Source: the human T2T-CHM13v2.0 reference genome, Homo sapiens
DNA length: 64,000 nucleotides
Assembly: GCF_009914755.1 (NCBI RefSeq)
Contig: NC_060930.1
Direction: 5' to 3' (one strand)
Positions 1 to 11,659 of this stretch are shown in pieces; position 1 is the first letter of the stretch; each line of letters starts with the position of its first letter. The notes beneath the pieces were generated by a model, which worked only from the letters and a program-made list of their open reading frames with translations, was not told the DNA's origin and searched no databases. Position numbers and translations under genes: made by a program.

Positions 1-257
1 TGATTCTGTTTCTTCCTATGTAAAGTGGGGATAGGAATAGTACCTACCTCATGAGGTTGTTATAGGATTAATAAGAAAATACTCATAAGCATGAAAAAGA
101 GTGCATGTTAGCTATTATTATCCTCTGAGTTTCAGGGAGGAAACTGCCCTCCCTTGGGGCAATGAGGTGATGACAGCAACAACTAAAATGAGAGAACCCC
201 AGTGGGGAGGTGGGAACATCACAGTACTCCCTGCCACCCTTACCAGGTTTGTGATTA

Positions 258-553
<296 letters not shown>

Positions 554-710
554 ACATTATTTCCTTACAGCTGTGAGCAGGGGCAGATGCAGAAAAGAAG
601 GTGCTGGGAAAGAGGCCAAGTAAAAGCCACTGGACCTTCTGAAGGAGAAAGTGTGGTTGGCTGGAACCACTAGGCCAAGAAACCAGCCAAGGGTCTGGCT
701 CCGGGTGGCC

Positions 711-850
711 TTTTTTTTTTTTTTTTTTTTAAGAGACGGTGTCTCACTATGTTGCCCAGGTTGGTCTTGAACTCCGGGGCTCAAGCAATCCTCCTGCTTC
801 GGCCTCCCAAAGCACTGGAATTAGAGGTGCAAACCACTGCACCAGCCCAG
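711..850 (-). mobile_element. Alu left monomer (FLAM-like)
   Basis: poly-T then rc of the left arm only. Confidence 0.85.
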
Positions 851-1022
851 ACTGGGCTCCAGAAGCTACCTCTGGGCCCTGTTGCCACCTCTTAGGTGGC
901 TTCTGGAATGGGGGTCTACAGGTGTGAAAGGTCAGCCCCCCTGAGGGAGAGGTGGGGCCCGAGCAGGCTCCTCCCACTGCGGGAGTGCTGGCCTTTCCCC
1001 TGCAGGGCTGTGGCTCTGGGAC

Positions 1023-1043
1023 CACTTCCTCTTTCTTCACTCT
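1023..1043 (+). promoter_or_regulatory. FGD2: FGD2 core promoter: PU.1 site overlapping an IRF-Ets composite, followed by an Inr (predicted TSS ~1039)
   Basis: CACTTCCTCTTT at 1023-1034 (rc AAAGAGGAAGTG, PU.1 consensus). TTCC-TC-TTTC at 1026-1035 (rc GAAANNGGAA, IECS type). TCACTCT at 1037-1043 fits Inr YYANWYY. No TATA box; ATG is 163 nt downstream. Confidence 0.7.
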
Positions 1044-1093
1044 GAAGCCAAGAGCCGACCTTCTGAGCCCTCAAGAAAGATCAGAACAGATTC

Positions 1094-1174
1094 ATGGGTG
1101 ATTTAGCCTATCTGTCCCAGGCCAGCGTGGCTGAGTGTGCTGGCTGGAGGCCTCTCTCTCTGCTTCGAGGGTAG
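1094..1174 (+). other. 26-codon uORF in the FGD2 5'UTR, in frame with the main ATG
   Basis: ATG at 1094 (ttcATGg) to TAG 1172-1174; 1202-1094=108 nt, a multiple of 3. Requires a TSS upstream of 1094. Confidence 0.55.
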
Positions 1175-1201
1175 CTGAGATCCACCCCGGAAACCGGCAG
1201 G

Positions 1202-1269
1202 ATGAAGGGGGCAAGTGAGGAGAAGCTGGCATCTGTGTCCAACCTGGTCACTGTGTTTGAGAATAGCAG
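1202..1269 (+). CDS. FGD2: FGD2 exon 1 coding part (MKGASEEKLASVSNLVTVFENSR), 68 nt
   Basis: aggATGa start; donor CAG|GTATGG; phase 2 matches exon 2. Confidence 0.95.
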
Positions 1270-2078
1270 GTATGGGCAGCTGGGGTGGGAGGGTCACCAT
1301 GGTGGGCTGGCAGCCACCCTCCAGCCTTTCTGGCAGCTCTCTCCCTGGGCCCTGCCCCGGACCCTCCTCCTGCAGGGGCAGCCCCGCGTTCCTCGGTCAC
1401 GGATTCCTTGGAGCATGGGAGAGTGTCGGTGGGACACCAGGAGCCAGGCAGGGGTGAGAGTGCCAGTGTGTGTTGGGAGAGTCCAGACAGGTGTGGTTAC
1501 GAGCAAGCATGGGCAGACCAAAGCCTGTGTGTGGGCACAGGACCCCACCCAGTGCCTGCCAGCACCTCTCAGAAAAGGTAGCTGATACTCACCAAGAATT
1601 TACGCCCTATGATTAGGATAACCATATAATTTATCATTCAGCACACAATTGAAACTGAAAGTAAATGCCAAATAAAATGTGGTGGTTGTGGGGGAGGCAT
1701 TACAGGTAAAGCTGGGACCGTATGAGGCAAACCAGGATGTACGGGCAGCATCCTGATGGGGTACTCCCTACTCTAAGTTCATGTCCTTACTTATTTAATT
1801 TAGTCATCGAACAGCCTAACAGGGGTAGATTCTGTTTCTGTTCCCGTCTTATAGATGAGGAAATGGAGACACAGAGAGGTGAGGATGCCAAGTGCTTTAA
1901 GTATCTGGGGCAATGCTGGGGCGTCTGTCTGGAGGGAAAAGGCTGGGCCAGATGCGTGGAGTCATTGGTAGCCCTGGGAGCATGTGTGTTTGTGTGTGTG
2001 CGCGTGTGTGTATGTGTGTGTTGTGTGTTATGTGTGGCATCAATCCATTCTGCAGGCATTTCTTAAGCTCAGGACTGT

Positions 2079-2505
2079 GTTAGGGGCTGTCCCAGGTAGG
2101 GTTTTCTGGAAATAGACTCAGACAGAGGTTTGCCTCAGGTGATTTATCAGGGAGAGCTTTTGGGAACAACAGCTGTGGGTGTGAGGGAAGCAGGGCCGGG
2201 CAGGGGGAGATGCTGAACTGCAGTGCACCTGCCACAGAGGCCTCAGCCTGTCCCAGGGAGCTCTGGAGCTGGGATTCCTCTCGGTTGTTCCAGCTGAGGA
2301 AGAGGGCTGGGTATTTGTATCTCCATGTGGACTGGACAAGAGACTCTGGGTGAGGCAGCTCTCTCTTCCAGAGAGTGATTCCCAGAGAGGGACTCAGCCA
2401 ATAAATTACCCGGCAGCCCCCAGTACTACCAGTAGCTGGTGGGGATGGTGTGGGGAGGCCTCATTCCTGAAGGAGGGACGTGGGTGGCACAGCACAGCAT
2501 CCTAC
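2079..2505. mobile_element. ERVL LTR relic (LTR16-like)
   Basis: Resembles LTR16-family sequence (GGAAGCAGGGCCGGGCAGGGGGAGATGCTGAACTGCAGTGCA...GGAGCTCTGGAGCTGG); visual call only. Confidence 0.45.
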
Positions 2506-4217
2506 AGGAACTGTAGAGGATGAAGAAGGGTTTCAGTATTTGGATGCTGAGCTCATCGAATAACTATGATGCAAGGTCATAGACAGTAGATGTCCTAGGA
2601 ATGGCCCGGATGCTGTATTGAGGGCACTCATGGCAGGCAACGTTTCCTGTAGGCTTCAGGGTGGAGATGGCATAGATGTAGACCTAGAAGTCTTCAACTT
2701 CCTGAGCTGGGTGATTCTCCCCTGCCTCTCCCGGGATCTTTGCCAAGCTCGTCCTGTTCAGCACCAAAGACAGCTCTTGGGTGCCGCCTTCCTGGCCCAC
2801 CACCCCCTTGGGTGTGGGTGGATGGTACCACCTCACTCAACATGCTTGACGTGGACTAGGCACACCTGGGTGGAGCCCCTCAGCATGCTGTGCTCTGCCC
2901 AGGCAATAACCCTGGCAGGAGTGGGCAGCCCTTAGACGGGAGTTAGGTCCCAGCAGGCATCAAGAGGGTGAGAGCCACTCCTTACTGAGTGAGGGGACCC
3001 ATACCAACTGCCTTGGCCTGGGCTTCCTTATGAGGTCTCCAGCACCTCAGCTGATCTGAAACTGAGGGGCAAAGAGGAAACAGAAGCTGGCCAGGGGCCC
3101 TAGAACAGAAATGCAGAACCTGAAACCAAATGTAGAACAGAAAGCCTGAGAACCAGCTACGCCCATGAGCTGCAGACCCATGGGCTGAGAAACCAGGGAC
3201 TGGGGTGCCAGGGAGGGGTGGGAGAGCCTGGGAGTAGCCACACAGCACTAGGTCCCAATGCTTTCGCTGCCACAAACCCAATTGTGTCACTTGGGGCAAG
3301 TCACTTTGACTCCGCGGACCTGTTTCTCCTTTACTCAAATGGGGAGGGGCAGGTTAGAGTGAAGGCTCAGGAAGCAGTCGCCTGATTTGAATCCCACCTC
3401 TGCCACTTCCGAGCCGCATGTTACTCATCCTGTCCAGACCTCAGTTTCCTTGAGTGCAAAATATGGGTAATGAAAACCTTTCTCACGGAGTTTTGGAGAT
3501 TTCGTATTTGTTTGGCCTTCCATTTCCTGGCCTGTCTTTCTCATAAGGATGCCTGCCCTGTTCTGTCATCACAAGCCCTTCCACACCAAGGGCAACGTTG
3601 GGTGTATTCATCAAGGGTGGGCCCTGTTGTCTAAGGAATTTGACTGGCTTGCAGAACCCAGTACACAGGGTAATAAAGGTGACCTACGAAGGCCCGTCCC
3701 TGGGAGAACAGAGCATCTGCTGCTGGGCTGGCTCTCCCTGCTTCTGGACGTGTGGAGGATGTCGATCCCATTGAGAAGCCCCAGCTTTTGCAGGCCTGCT
3801 CTCACTTTATATTGTTCTGTGGCTCCTACCTTCCCTTGATGTATAGGTTACTGATGTGGAAACTGAAAACAGAGGTGAGGTCCAAAGGTGAGGATAATCC
3901 AGGGGGTACCACTCAAAAACCCCTATATACAGAAAGGATTCCTGGACACTGTGGCTTCATTTTAAACAAGGAAGTATGCAGTTCCCCAGAAAATAAAATA
4001 TAGTCCACCCTGACTCATTTTGAACACTGAGTTCCCTCCAAGAATGTGTTGGGAGAGAAGTGAAAGTCTTACTTAGCATGTTCCCAAAGAAAGCCAGGCA
4101 CCCAGGGGCCCCTGCACTGGGGATTTGCACCAGGCAACCCAAATCCACACCAGGGACTTGCTGCTGTTTTCCCTGTTCTCCAGGGAGGAAGCCCTCAGGT
4201 CTGTCTCTTCTCCTCAG

Positions 4218-4449
4218 GACCCCAGAAGCAGCACCCAGAGGCCACAGGCTAGAGGACGTGCATCACCGCCCTGAGTGCAGGCCTCCCGAGTCCCCAGGAC
4301 CACGGGAGAAGACGAATGTCGGGGAGGCCGTGGGGTCTGAGCCCAGGACAGTCAGCAGGAGGTACCTGAACTCCCTGAAGAACAAGCTGTCCAGCGAAGC
4401 CTGGAGGAAATCTTGCCAGCCTGTGACCCTCTCAGGATCGGGGACGCAG
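4218..4449 (+). CDS. FGD2: FGD2 exon 2 (232 nt), N-terminal region
   Basis: acceptor tctcttctcctcag|G; TPEAAPRG...SGSGTQ; donor CAG|GTGCCT; cumulative CDS 300. Confidence 0.93.
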
Positions 4450-5115
4450 GTGCCTGAGGGCTGAGGTAGAGGTGTGGGGTGCTGGGGTGGGGAGCTCTCC
4501 CTGACCTCCCCTCCACACATGCTTTCCTAGCCAGAGCCAGCAGTTCCCCAGGTTGGGGTATGGTGTGATCAGAGGTCAGCTGGGAGCTAGATTTCCCCAT
4601 GCTTAATGGCCTTTGATTCACTAACTGCCTGCTACGCACCGTGCTGGATTACTTCGCGAGTCCCTCGTGTAGGAGTTTTTTGGACAAGGAAGTTGAAACA
4701 CAGTTTTAAGGAACTTATTCAAGGCCACACAGCTTGGAACAGTCTCCATCTTGTGAACCTAATACTCTTCTCAGGTGGGGCCTCAGTTTACCCACTGGAG
4801 GAGACAACAATCTCAACCTAGAAATAGAGGTCTGAGTGTGAACTGTCCTGCCCTTAGACTAAAGCCCAGTCTGATCTCTTCTGTGGCTTGCAGTTTTCTC
4901 ATCTGCAGAGTTCAAGGGTTGGCATGCAGATACTGTGCACCCAAATTCCCTGGAGTCACATCCCAGCACGTCTGCTTACTAACTGTGTGTCCTTGGGCAA
5001 GTCACTTGAGTCTCTTTGTGCCAGTTTCCTCATTTGTAAAATGGGGATAGTGGTTATAGTAATGCGTCCTGGTTTTCAATCGCTGCTGAACAAACCTATC
5101 AAAAATGTAGCGGCT

Positions 5116-5416
5116 GGCCGGGTGCAGTAACTCACGCCTGTAATCCCAGCACTTTGGGAGGCCGAGGTGGGCAGATCACCTGAGGTCAGGAGTTCAAGAC
5201 CAGCCTGGCCAACATAGGGAAACACTGTCTCAACTAAAAATACAAAAATTAGTTGGGCATGGTGGTGGGCGCCTGTAATCCCAGCTACTCAGTAGGCTGA
5301 GACAGGAGAATCACTTGAATCCAGGAGGAGGAGGTTGCAGTGAGCCGAGATTGCGCCACTCCACTCTAGCCTGGGTGACAGAGCGAGACTCTGTCTCAAA
5401 AAAAAAAAAAAAAAAA
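5116..5416 (+). mobile_element. AluS
   Basis: full dimer, A tail, TSD AAAAATGTAG(C/G)GGCT. Confidence 0.92.
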
Positions 5417-5419
5417 TGT

Positions 5420-6280
5420 AGGGGCTGAATGTAACTGTTTATTGTTTCTCACATTTTGTGAGTTGACTGGGATGCTGCCGGGAGGTTTTTCTACTGGCCT
5501 CACTCGGGGGTCTGTGTGATTCTGCTTGGGCTGCCGTAACAAAATGCCCCAGACTTCAACACCAGACATTTATTTTCTCACAGTGCTGGAGGCTGGAAGG
5601 CCAAGTTCAAGGTGCCAGCAGGTTTGGTTTCTGGGGAGGTCTCTGTTCTTGGCTTGAAGACAGCCACTTTTTCAGTGTGTCCTTACATGGCCATTTCTTT
5701 GTCATCCCTGGTGTGTCTTCCTCTTCTGACATTAATCCTACCAGTTTAGTGCCCTACTCTTATCATCGCATTTAACCTCAATTACCTCCTCCAAGGCCTC
5801 ATCTCCAAATACACTTACATTGGGGGTTAGGGCTTCAACACAGGAATTTGGTTGGCGGACGCAGTTTAGTTCCCAGCGGGATCTCTCAAGTAGCTGCAGT
5901 CAGAGGATGGCTGGGGCTGGAATGCCCAAGACAGCTCAGCTCGCAAGTCTGGCATCTGGGCAGGGACAGCCGGAAGACTGGGCTCAGCTGGGATGCTGGC
6001 AGGGCTGGGCTCTTTCTCCGTGTATTCTCCAGGCCTCTCCTCTCCACGTGGCCTGTCCATGAGGTCTCCCTATCAGAGCTGCCAGACCCCTTGATGTAGT
6101 GATTCACAGCTCCCAAGACAGCACAGGTGGAAGCTTCCAGGCCTCTTAAGGCTAAGGCAGAGAACTGGCACAGCCTTACTCAGCTGCATTCTGTGAAAGC
6201 CACCCCAGGGCCGGCCCAGATGCACTGCGGGAGGCCATGAATCCCGGGAGGCATGCTTCACTGCAGCAACTTTGGAGACT
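5420..6280 (-). mobile_element. Nested MaLR LTRs (MLT1A-like at ~5515-5875 inside an older MLT1)
   Basis: MLT1 hallmarks TTTATTTTCTCACAGTGCTGGAGGCTGGAAG...TCAAGGTGCCAGCAGG...GGGGTTAGGGCTTCAACA; flanks resemble an older MLT1. Confidence 0.6.
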
Positions 6281-6357
6281 GAACCGAGGTCCCCATCAGA
6301 GGAGACCAAAGCTGTCTTCCCCCTTTTTCTCCTTCTCTCCCCTCCAATCCTCCACAG

Positions 6358-6435
6358 GAGCCAGAGAAGAAGATCGTCCAGGAGCTGCTGGAGACAGAGC
6401 AGGCCTATGTGGCGCGCCTCCACCTGCTAGACCAG
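6358..6435 (+). CDS. FGD2: FGD2 exon 3 (78 nt), start of DH/RhoGEF domain (EPEKKIVQELLETEQAYVARLHLLDQ); GC donor
   Basis: Long pyrimidine tract + cag acceptor; DH CR1 motif ELLETEQAYV; frame continuity with exon 4 requires CAG|GCCAGT. Confidence 0.9.
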
Positions 6436-7090
6436 GCCAGTGGCCAGGACACCCCCCTCTAGAGCCCCAGCCCTGGGTCTCCTCACCCCACCCCTTCTCA
6501 GCCTTCCCACCCTGCTCACCAGAGCTGAGTCAGGAGCCCTGGCTTTGACTCCAGGAAGCCTTAGCCCTTTAACCTCAATGGCTGGGGTTGGGGTAGAATC
6601 AGGAGGTCTTGTTAGCAGTACTCCCCATTCTGCCTGTGGTGCCCAGGCTGGCCCCTGTATAGCAGAGAACACACCAGCTGGCCCTTGCTGGCTTACACGG
6701 TATCTTCATCTGTCATCTCAATGCCCACAACCTCACAACGATCTTACCTTTCATAGTTTTTCAGGAGCCCTAAGGCTAGAGGGTTATTCATCACCGCAGG
6801 GAGCTCTAGTCTGATGAAGTCCAAGACCTCCACAGTTTGGGCCTGTTTATGGCATTCATCAGCTGCCAGCCTTTGGCCAAGTCCCTGCATCTCTAGGCTT
6901 TGCCTTGCTCATCTGTAAAGTGGCCAGAACACAACCTCCCCTGCCTTCTTTTCCCGGGGTTGCTGTGAGGATGCCGGGAGATCAGGGAGGTGGAAGCATG
7001 CAGTAGGCTTGGTGGGACCCTAGTTCCCCCGGGCTGATGTGTGGGTGGCTCCCTGTCACTGCAGTGAGTGACCTGTCGTGGCGGCTACAG

Positions 7091-7239
7091 GTGTTTTTCC
7101 AGGAGCTGCTGAAGACAGCCCGCAGCAGCAAGGCCTTCCCAGAGGATGTGGTCAGGGTCATCTTCTCCAACATCTCCTCCATCTATCAGTTCCATTCTCA
7201 GTTCTTCCTCCCAGAGCTGCAGCGGCGCCTGGACGACTG
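7091..7239 (+). CDS. FGD2: FGD2 exon 4 (149 nt), DH domain
   Basis: VFFQELLK...IFSNISSIYQFHSQFFLPELQRRLDDW; donor TG|GTGAGG. Confidence 0.93.
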
Positions 7240-7804
7240 GTGAGGTCCACCAGGAGCCCCTGAGGCCTCAGACCACAGCCCTGGCCAGGTGGAGGTGGGG
7301 AGACCCCAGGGCGCTAGGTTCAGCCTCCTAGGCCCAGGCCCTTATTGTGTGGCCATGCCTCCCTGGGGCTCGGTCTGTCTGCACAGTGAAGGGCTTGGGT
7401 GAATGAGCTCTGAGAGGCTGTGTGTGTGCAGACTGCTTCCTGGGGAAAGGGGTGGATCAGGTCCTGGCCAAGCCAAGTGACCAAGTGACTTTGGGACAGT
7501 GAAAATAGCCAGTGCCAACTGAGGGCTTCCTACACGCCTGGCCTTGGGCTTTCCCTCTATTAACTCCCTCAATCTTCACATCAGCCTGCTGTGTGATGAC
7601 GGCATCATGGTTATGCAAGAAACCCTCTTGTTTTCACAGATGGCCACTAAAGCATTTAACAGTGAAGTTACTTGCCTTATATAGTTTGCCACGAAGTCTA
7701 GGATGTCCTTTAAGATCTTTGGCAAAGAAGAATGCTAGTAATTGTTAAACCTAGTGATGTATTGATTGCTTAAAACATTTATAATAAACTGTTGTTTTTT
7801 TTTA

Positions 7805-8228
<424 letters not shown>

Positions 8229-8348
8229 CTAGCATGATTTGTGCATCCCGGGAGTCAGGCTCAGGAAGCCTCACTCCCAGGCCATGGCCATGGCTCCTTG
8301 CTGCTCTGCTCTAGCAGGCCCTGCCATGGGATGATCCTGGAAAAGTTC

Positions 8349-8553
8349 TGTGTGTGTGTGTGTGTGTGTGTGTGTATACATATATATACGTATATATACA
8401 CGTATATATACGTATATATATACGTGTATATATGTATATATACGTGTATATACACGTATATATACGTGTATATACACGTATATATACGTGTATATACACG
8501 TATATATACGTGTATATACACGTATATATACGTGTATATATATGTATATATAT
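8349..8553. repeat. Perfect alternating purine-pyrimidine tract: (TG)n then palindromic ~22-bp units TATATATACGTGTATATACACG
   Basis: read directly; followed by an antisense Alu monomer ~8554-8695. Confidence 0.95.
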
Positions 8554-9138
8554 TATTTTTTTTCAGTGTGAGGGGCATGGAATGAGGTTTCACCATGCTG
8601 CTCAGGCTGGTCTTGAACTCCTGGGCTCAACCTGCCTGCCTGCCTCAGGCCTTGCAGAGTGCTGCGAGTACAGGTGTAAGCCACTGTGGCTGGCCAATCC
8701 TGGAGAAGTTCGTACCCCTCTGAGCCTCCACTTCCTCACCTCTATGATGGGCTAGTGGCTGCCCCCACCTACAGGGTTGTGAGAATTACATGGAATGAGA
8801 CATGCATCATGTCCTGGGTAGTGCTTGGTAGGTAGCCCTCGTTATTGTTACATAATGAAGCACTGAGCAGTTACTGAACACCTGCTGTGGGCCCAACACT
8901 GTGCCGGGCCTTGTGGATGAGGCCAACCTGGGACCAGAACAGCCTTTGGCCTCAGGAGGCTCACAGTCTAAGGAGTAGAGGGGCGCATGTGAGGATGACA
9001 CCCCCGTACCCCGCCCACACCCAGAATTGCCGTGGAAAGTTTGCTTTGGGGGATTCAGGGAGCCTGGCCTCACCTGGCCCTATCTAGAGTCGAGAGGAGG
9101 TCTCTAGGCTGAGGGCAATCCCTGTGCCCCTCCTGCAG

Positions 9139-9295
9139 GACAGCTAACCCCCGCATCGGTGACGTGATCCAGAAGCTGGCCCCCTTCCTGAAGATGTACA
9201 GTGAGTATGTCAAGAACTTTGAGCGAGCGGCTGAGCTGCTGGCCACCTGGACCGACAAGTCTCCACTCTTCCAGGAGGTTCTCACTCGCATCCAG
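9139..9295 (+). CDS. FGD2: FGD2 exon 5 (157 nt), DH domain
   Basis: acceptor tcctgcag; [23 protein letters not shown]; donor CAG|GTGAGG. Confidence 0.95.
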
Positions 9296-9491
9296 GTGAG
9301 GCTGGGGGAGGGCTGGAGTCAGCATTGCCACTCCCAGCATGCAGTGGCTCAGGTTGCCTTGAGTGATTCCGGGCATCTCCCAGGCTCAGCTGCTTCCATA
9401 GGCCCCTGCCTACTCGTCCGGCCCTCAGGAGCAGCCTGACCCACCTCCCTTCTCTCACCCTCTCCGTGTTGCTCCCCCATCCCTCCCCAAG

Positions 9492-9630
9492 AGCAGCGAG
9501 GCTTCGGGCAGCCTGACCCTGCAGCACCACATGCTGGAACCAGTGCAGAGAATTCCACGTTACGAGCTGCTGCTCAAGGAGTACATCCAGAAGCTGCCAG
9601 CCCAGGCCCCAGACCAGGCCGATGCCCAGA
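9492..9630 (+). CDS. FGD2: FGD2 exon 6 (139 nt), DH CR3 ([22 protein letters not shown])
   Basis: acceptor ccccaag; canonical DH motif PVQRIPRY; donor AGA|GTGAGG. Confidence 0.95.
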
Positions 9631-10175
9631 GTGAGGACACCCCCAGGGGTCCCAGGGGGCTGAGGAGGCCTAAGCCATTCCCATATACTTACTGAGCTCC
9701 TGCTAAAATGGTTTTGACGACCATCAGTCATCAACATCAACCACTGGCACTTCATAGACATCATCCATACCATTAGCCATTTTTCACAGATGAGGACACT
9801 AAGGCCCAGAGAGGTTTAGTGACTTGCTCAAGGTCACGCAGCCAGAGAGTAGCAGAACTGGGATTTGAACCCATGCCTATGTGATACCAAAGCCCATGCT
9901 CCTTCCATTATACCCTCTAGGTCTGGCTTGTTTTGGGAAGCAGTGAGAGTCACCAAAGCCAAACACCTAATGGCTAACGTTCAGTGGCTTCCAGTCTCTC
10001 AGCCCTGGGGGGCTCCCGCCATTCAGACACCCCATGGCTGGGCTGCACAGGCAGGGCTGCTCCTGGGGGCTGTCATGGCAGGTCCTGAGGGCCCTTTGTT
10101 GAACTTCAAGGACCTCCTGCCCCAGCCACCAGCCCTAGATTCTCAGGGAATAAACTCCGGCCCTGCCCCTTTCAG

Positions 10176-10234
10176 AAGCCCTGGACATGATCTTCTCAGC
10201 TGCCCAGCACTCCAATGCAGCCATCACTGAGATG
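10176..10234 (+). CDS. FGD2: FGD2 exon 7 (59 nt), end of DH domain
   Basis: acceptor cccctttcag; KALDMIFSAAQHSNAAITEM; donor ATG|GTAAGC. Confidence 0.93.
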
Positions 10235-10421
10235 GTAAGCAGCCCGCCCTCTCCTGGAGCCCTGTCCCCCTCCCTGCAGGTCTCAGCCTGGTCCCACCCA
10301 TGACACCTATCCCACTGCTGCCCTCACTGTTACCCCCCAGTCCCCGTCCCCACAAGGCAAGCCTTCCAGAAGCAGGTGAGCCCTGCCCAGACTTGGCTGA
10401 GGATGCACCCCAACCCCCTAG

Positions 10422-10568
10422 GAGCGGCTGCAGGACCTGTGGGAGGTGTACCAGCGCCTGGGCCTCGAGGACGACATAGTAGACCCCTCTAACACCCTGC
10501 TCCGTGAGGGCCCGGTCCTCAAGATCTCCTTCCGCCGCAACGACCCCATGGAGCGCTACCTTTTCTTG
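10422..10568 (+). CDS. FGD2: FGD2 exon 8 (147 nt), start of PH1
   Basis: ERLQDLWEVYQRLG...LLREGPVLKIS...ERYLFL; donor TTG|GTAAGA. Confidence 0.95.
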
Positions 10569-11297
10569 GTAAGAGGGTGCTGGGAGCTCCTCTCCACACT
10601 GGGGAGGGAAGTCCATGGGCCACTCTGGCCCGAGTCATACTGCCTGGCCTCTACCTGGCACTGCAGGGGGACAGGGAAGAGAACGCTTCTCTGTCTTTTT
10701 CTGCTTTGGCACCCAGATGACTTTGGACAGGTCACCTGCTGCCTCTAAGCCTCAGAGATTTCCAACCCACAGGTTTCCCAGACATGTCCTAGGAAGCAAC
10801 AGAGTCAGAGTTTGAACCCAGTCTGACTGCAAAGCCTGTGATATTAATCTGTGCTCTAGAGAGCGCACAGCAGGAAGGAGTAAGGTTAGCTACTAGGAAG
10901 AACTGCCCTGGGTTTGCACGGAAGAAGCCGGGGGATCTCCTGACATCTGGAAAGGTGGTCCTGCCTGGAGGTCTGGGGAACAGAGATATAACCTCTTGTA
11001 AACCCCTGCCATCCTGAGCCCCTGTTGAGAAAGGCCTTGTAGGTTTCTGAGGTCTGCTATGGTCCCTTGTAGGGTGACCCTTCAGTAACCATCCTAGGGG
11101 AATTGGGAGCTTGACAGCCCCTTCCTCATCACCTACATCATCACCTGTGATGTCCTGTGAGCAGGCTGGCCAGAGTGTGTTCAAAGGGGAGCGGGTCCAG
11201 TGGTGCTCAGCCCATGCTCGGCCCACCCTCGGGGAAACCCCACCTAGCCATCCTCCCTGCCCCTGCCACGGGCCACTCACGCCTGTGTCTCCTGCAG

Positions 11298-11390
11298 TTC
11301 AACAACATGCTGCTCTACTGTGTGCCCAGGGTGATCCAGGTGGGCGCCCAGTTCCAGGTGAGGACCCGCATCGATGTGGCCGGGATGAAG
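11298..11390 (+). CDS. FGD2: FGD2 exon 9 (93 nt), PH1
   Basis: [10 protein letters not shown]...DVAGMK; donor AAG|GTAAGA. Confidence 0.95.
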
Positions 11391-11659
11391 GTAAGAGGCC
11401 CCCTAAACACCACTGGGCTCCACCTCAAGGGTAGGACTGAGTACAGGGAGTAAGAGGAGGGGCCAACCAGGTTCTCAATCACAGAACCAAACCCTTGCAG
11501 GGCCTGGGCAAACATGGAGATGGAAGAGTGTGGGGCTCTCCCCTCTGGGATCCTAGCCCTCCTGCCCTGTCCTTCCCAGCTTCCCACAGGTTTGGCCCTC
11601 CCTTCGCGGCAGTGCATGAGCCAGCTTGGCCTTTCTGTGCTTTCCCTACTGTTTATACC

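Noticed and set aside
6436-7090. Intron 3 as a minor (U12) intron
   Set aside because: No RTATCCTT donor or TCCTTAAC branch site; it fits a weak U2 GC-AG intron.
8241-8755. Overlapping YI/HT/VC-repeat ORFs here and at 16272-16917
   Set aside because: Dinucleotide repeats lack stop codons; not coding.
10280-10375. 96-nt pseudo-exon in intron 7 with a good acceptor and a CAG|GTGAGC donor
   Set aside because: Flanking introns would be only 45 and 46 nt, below the normal human minimum, and it contains an in-frame TGA.
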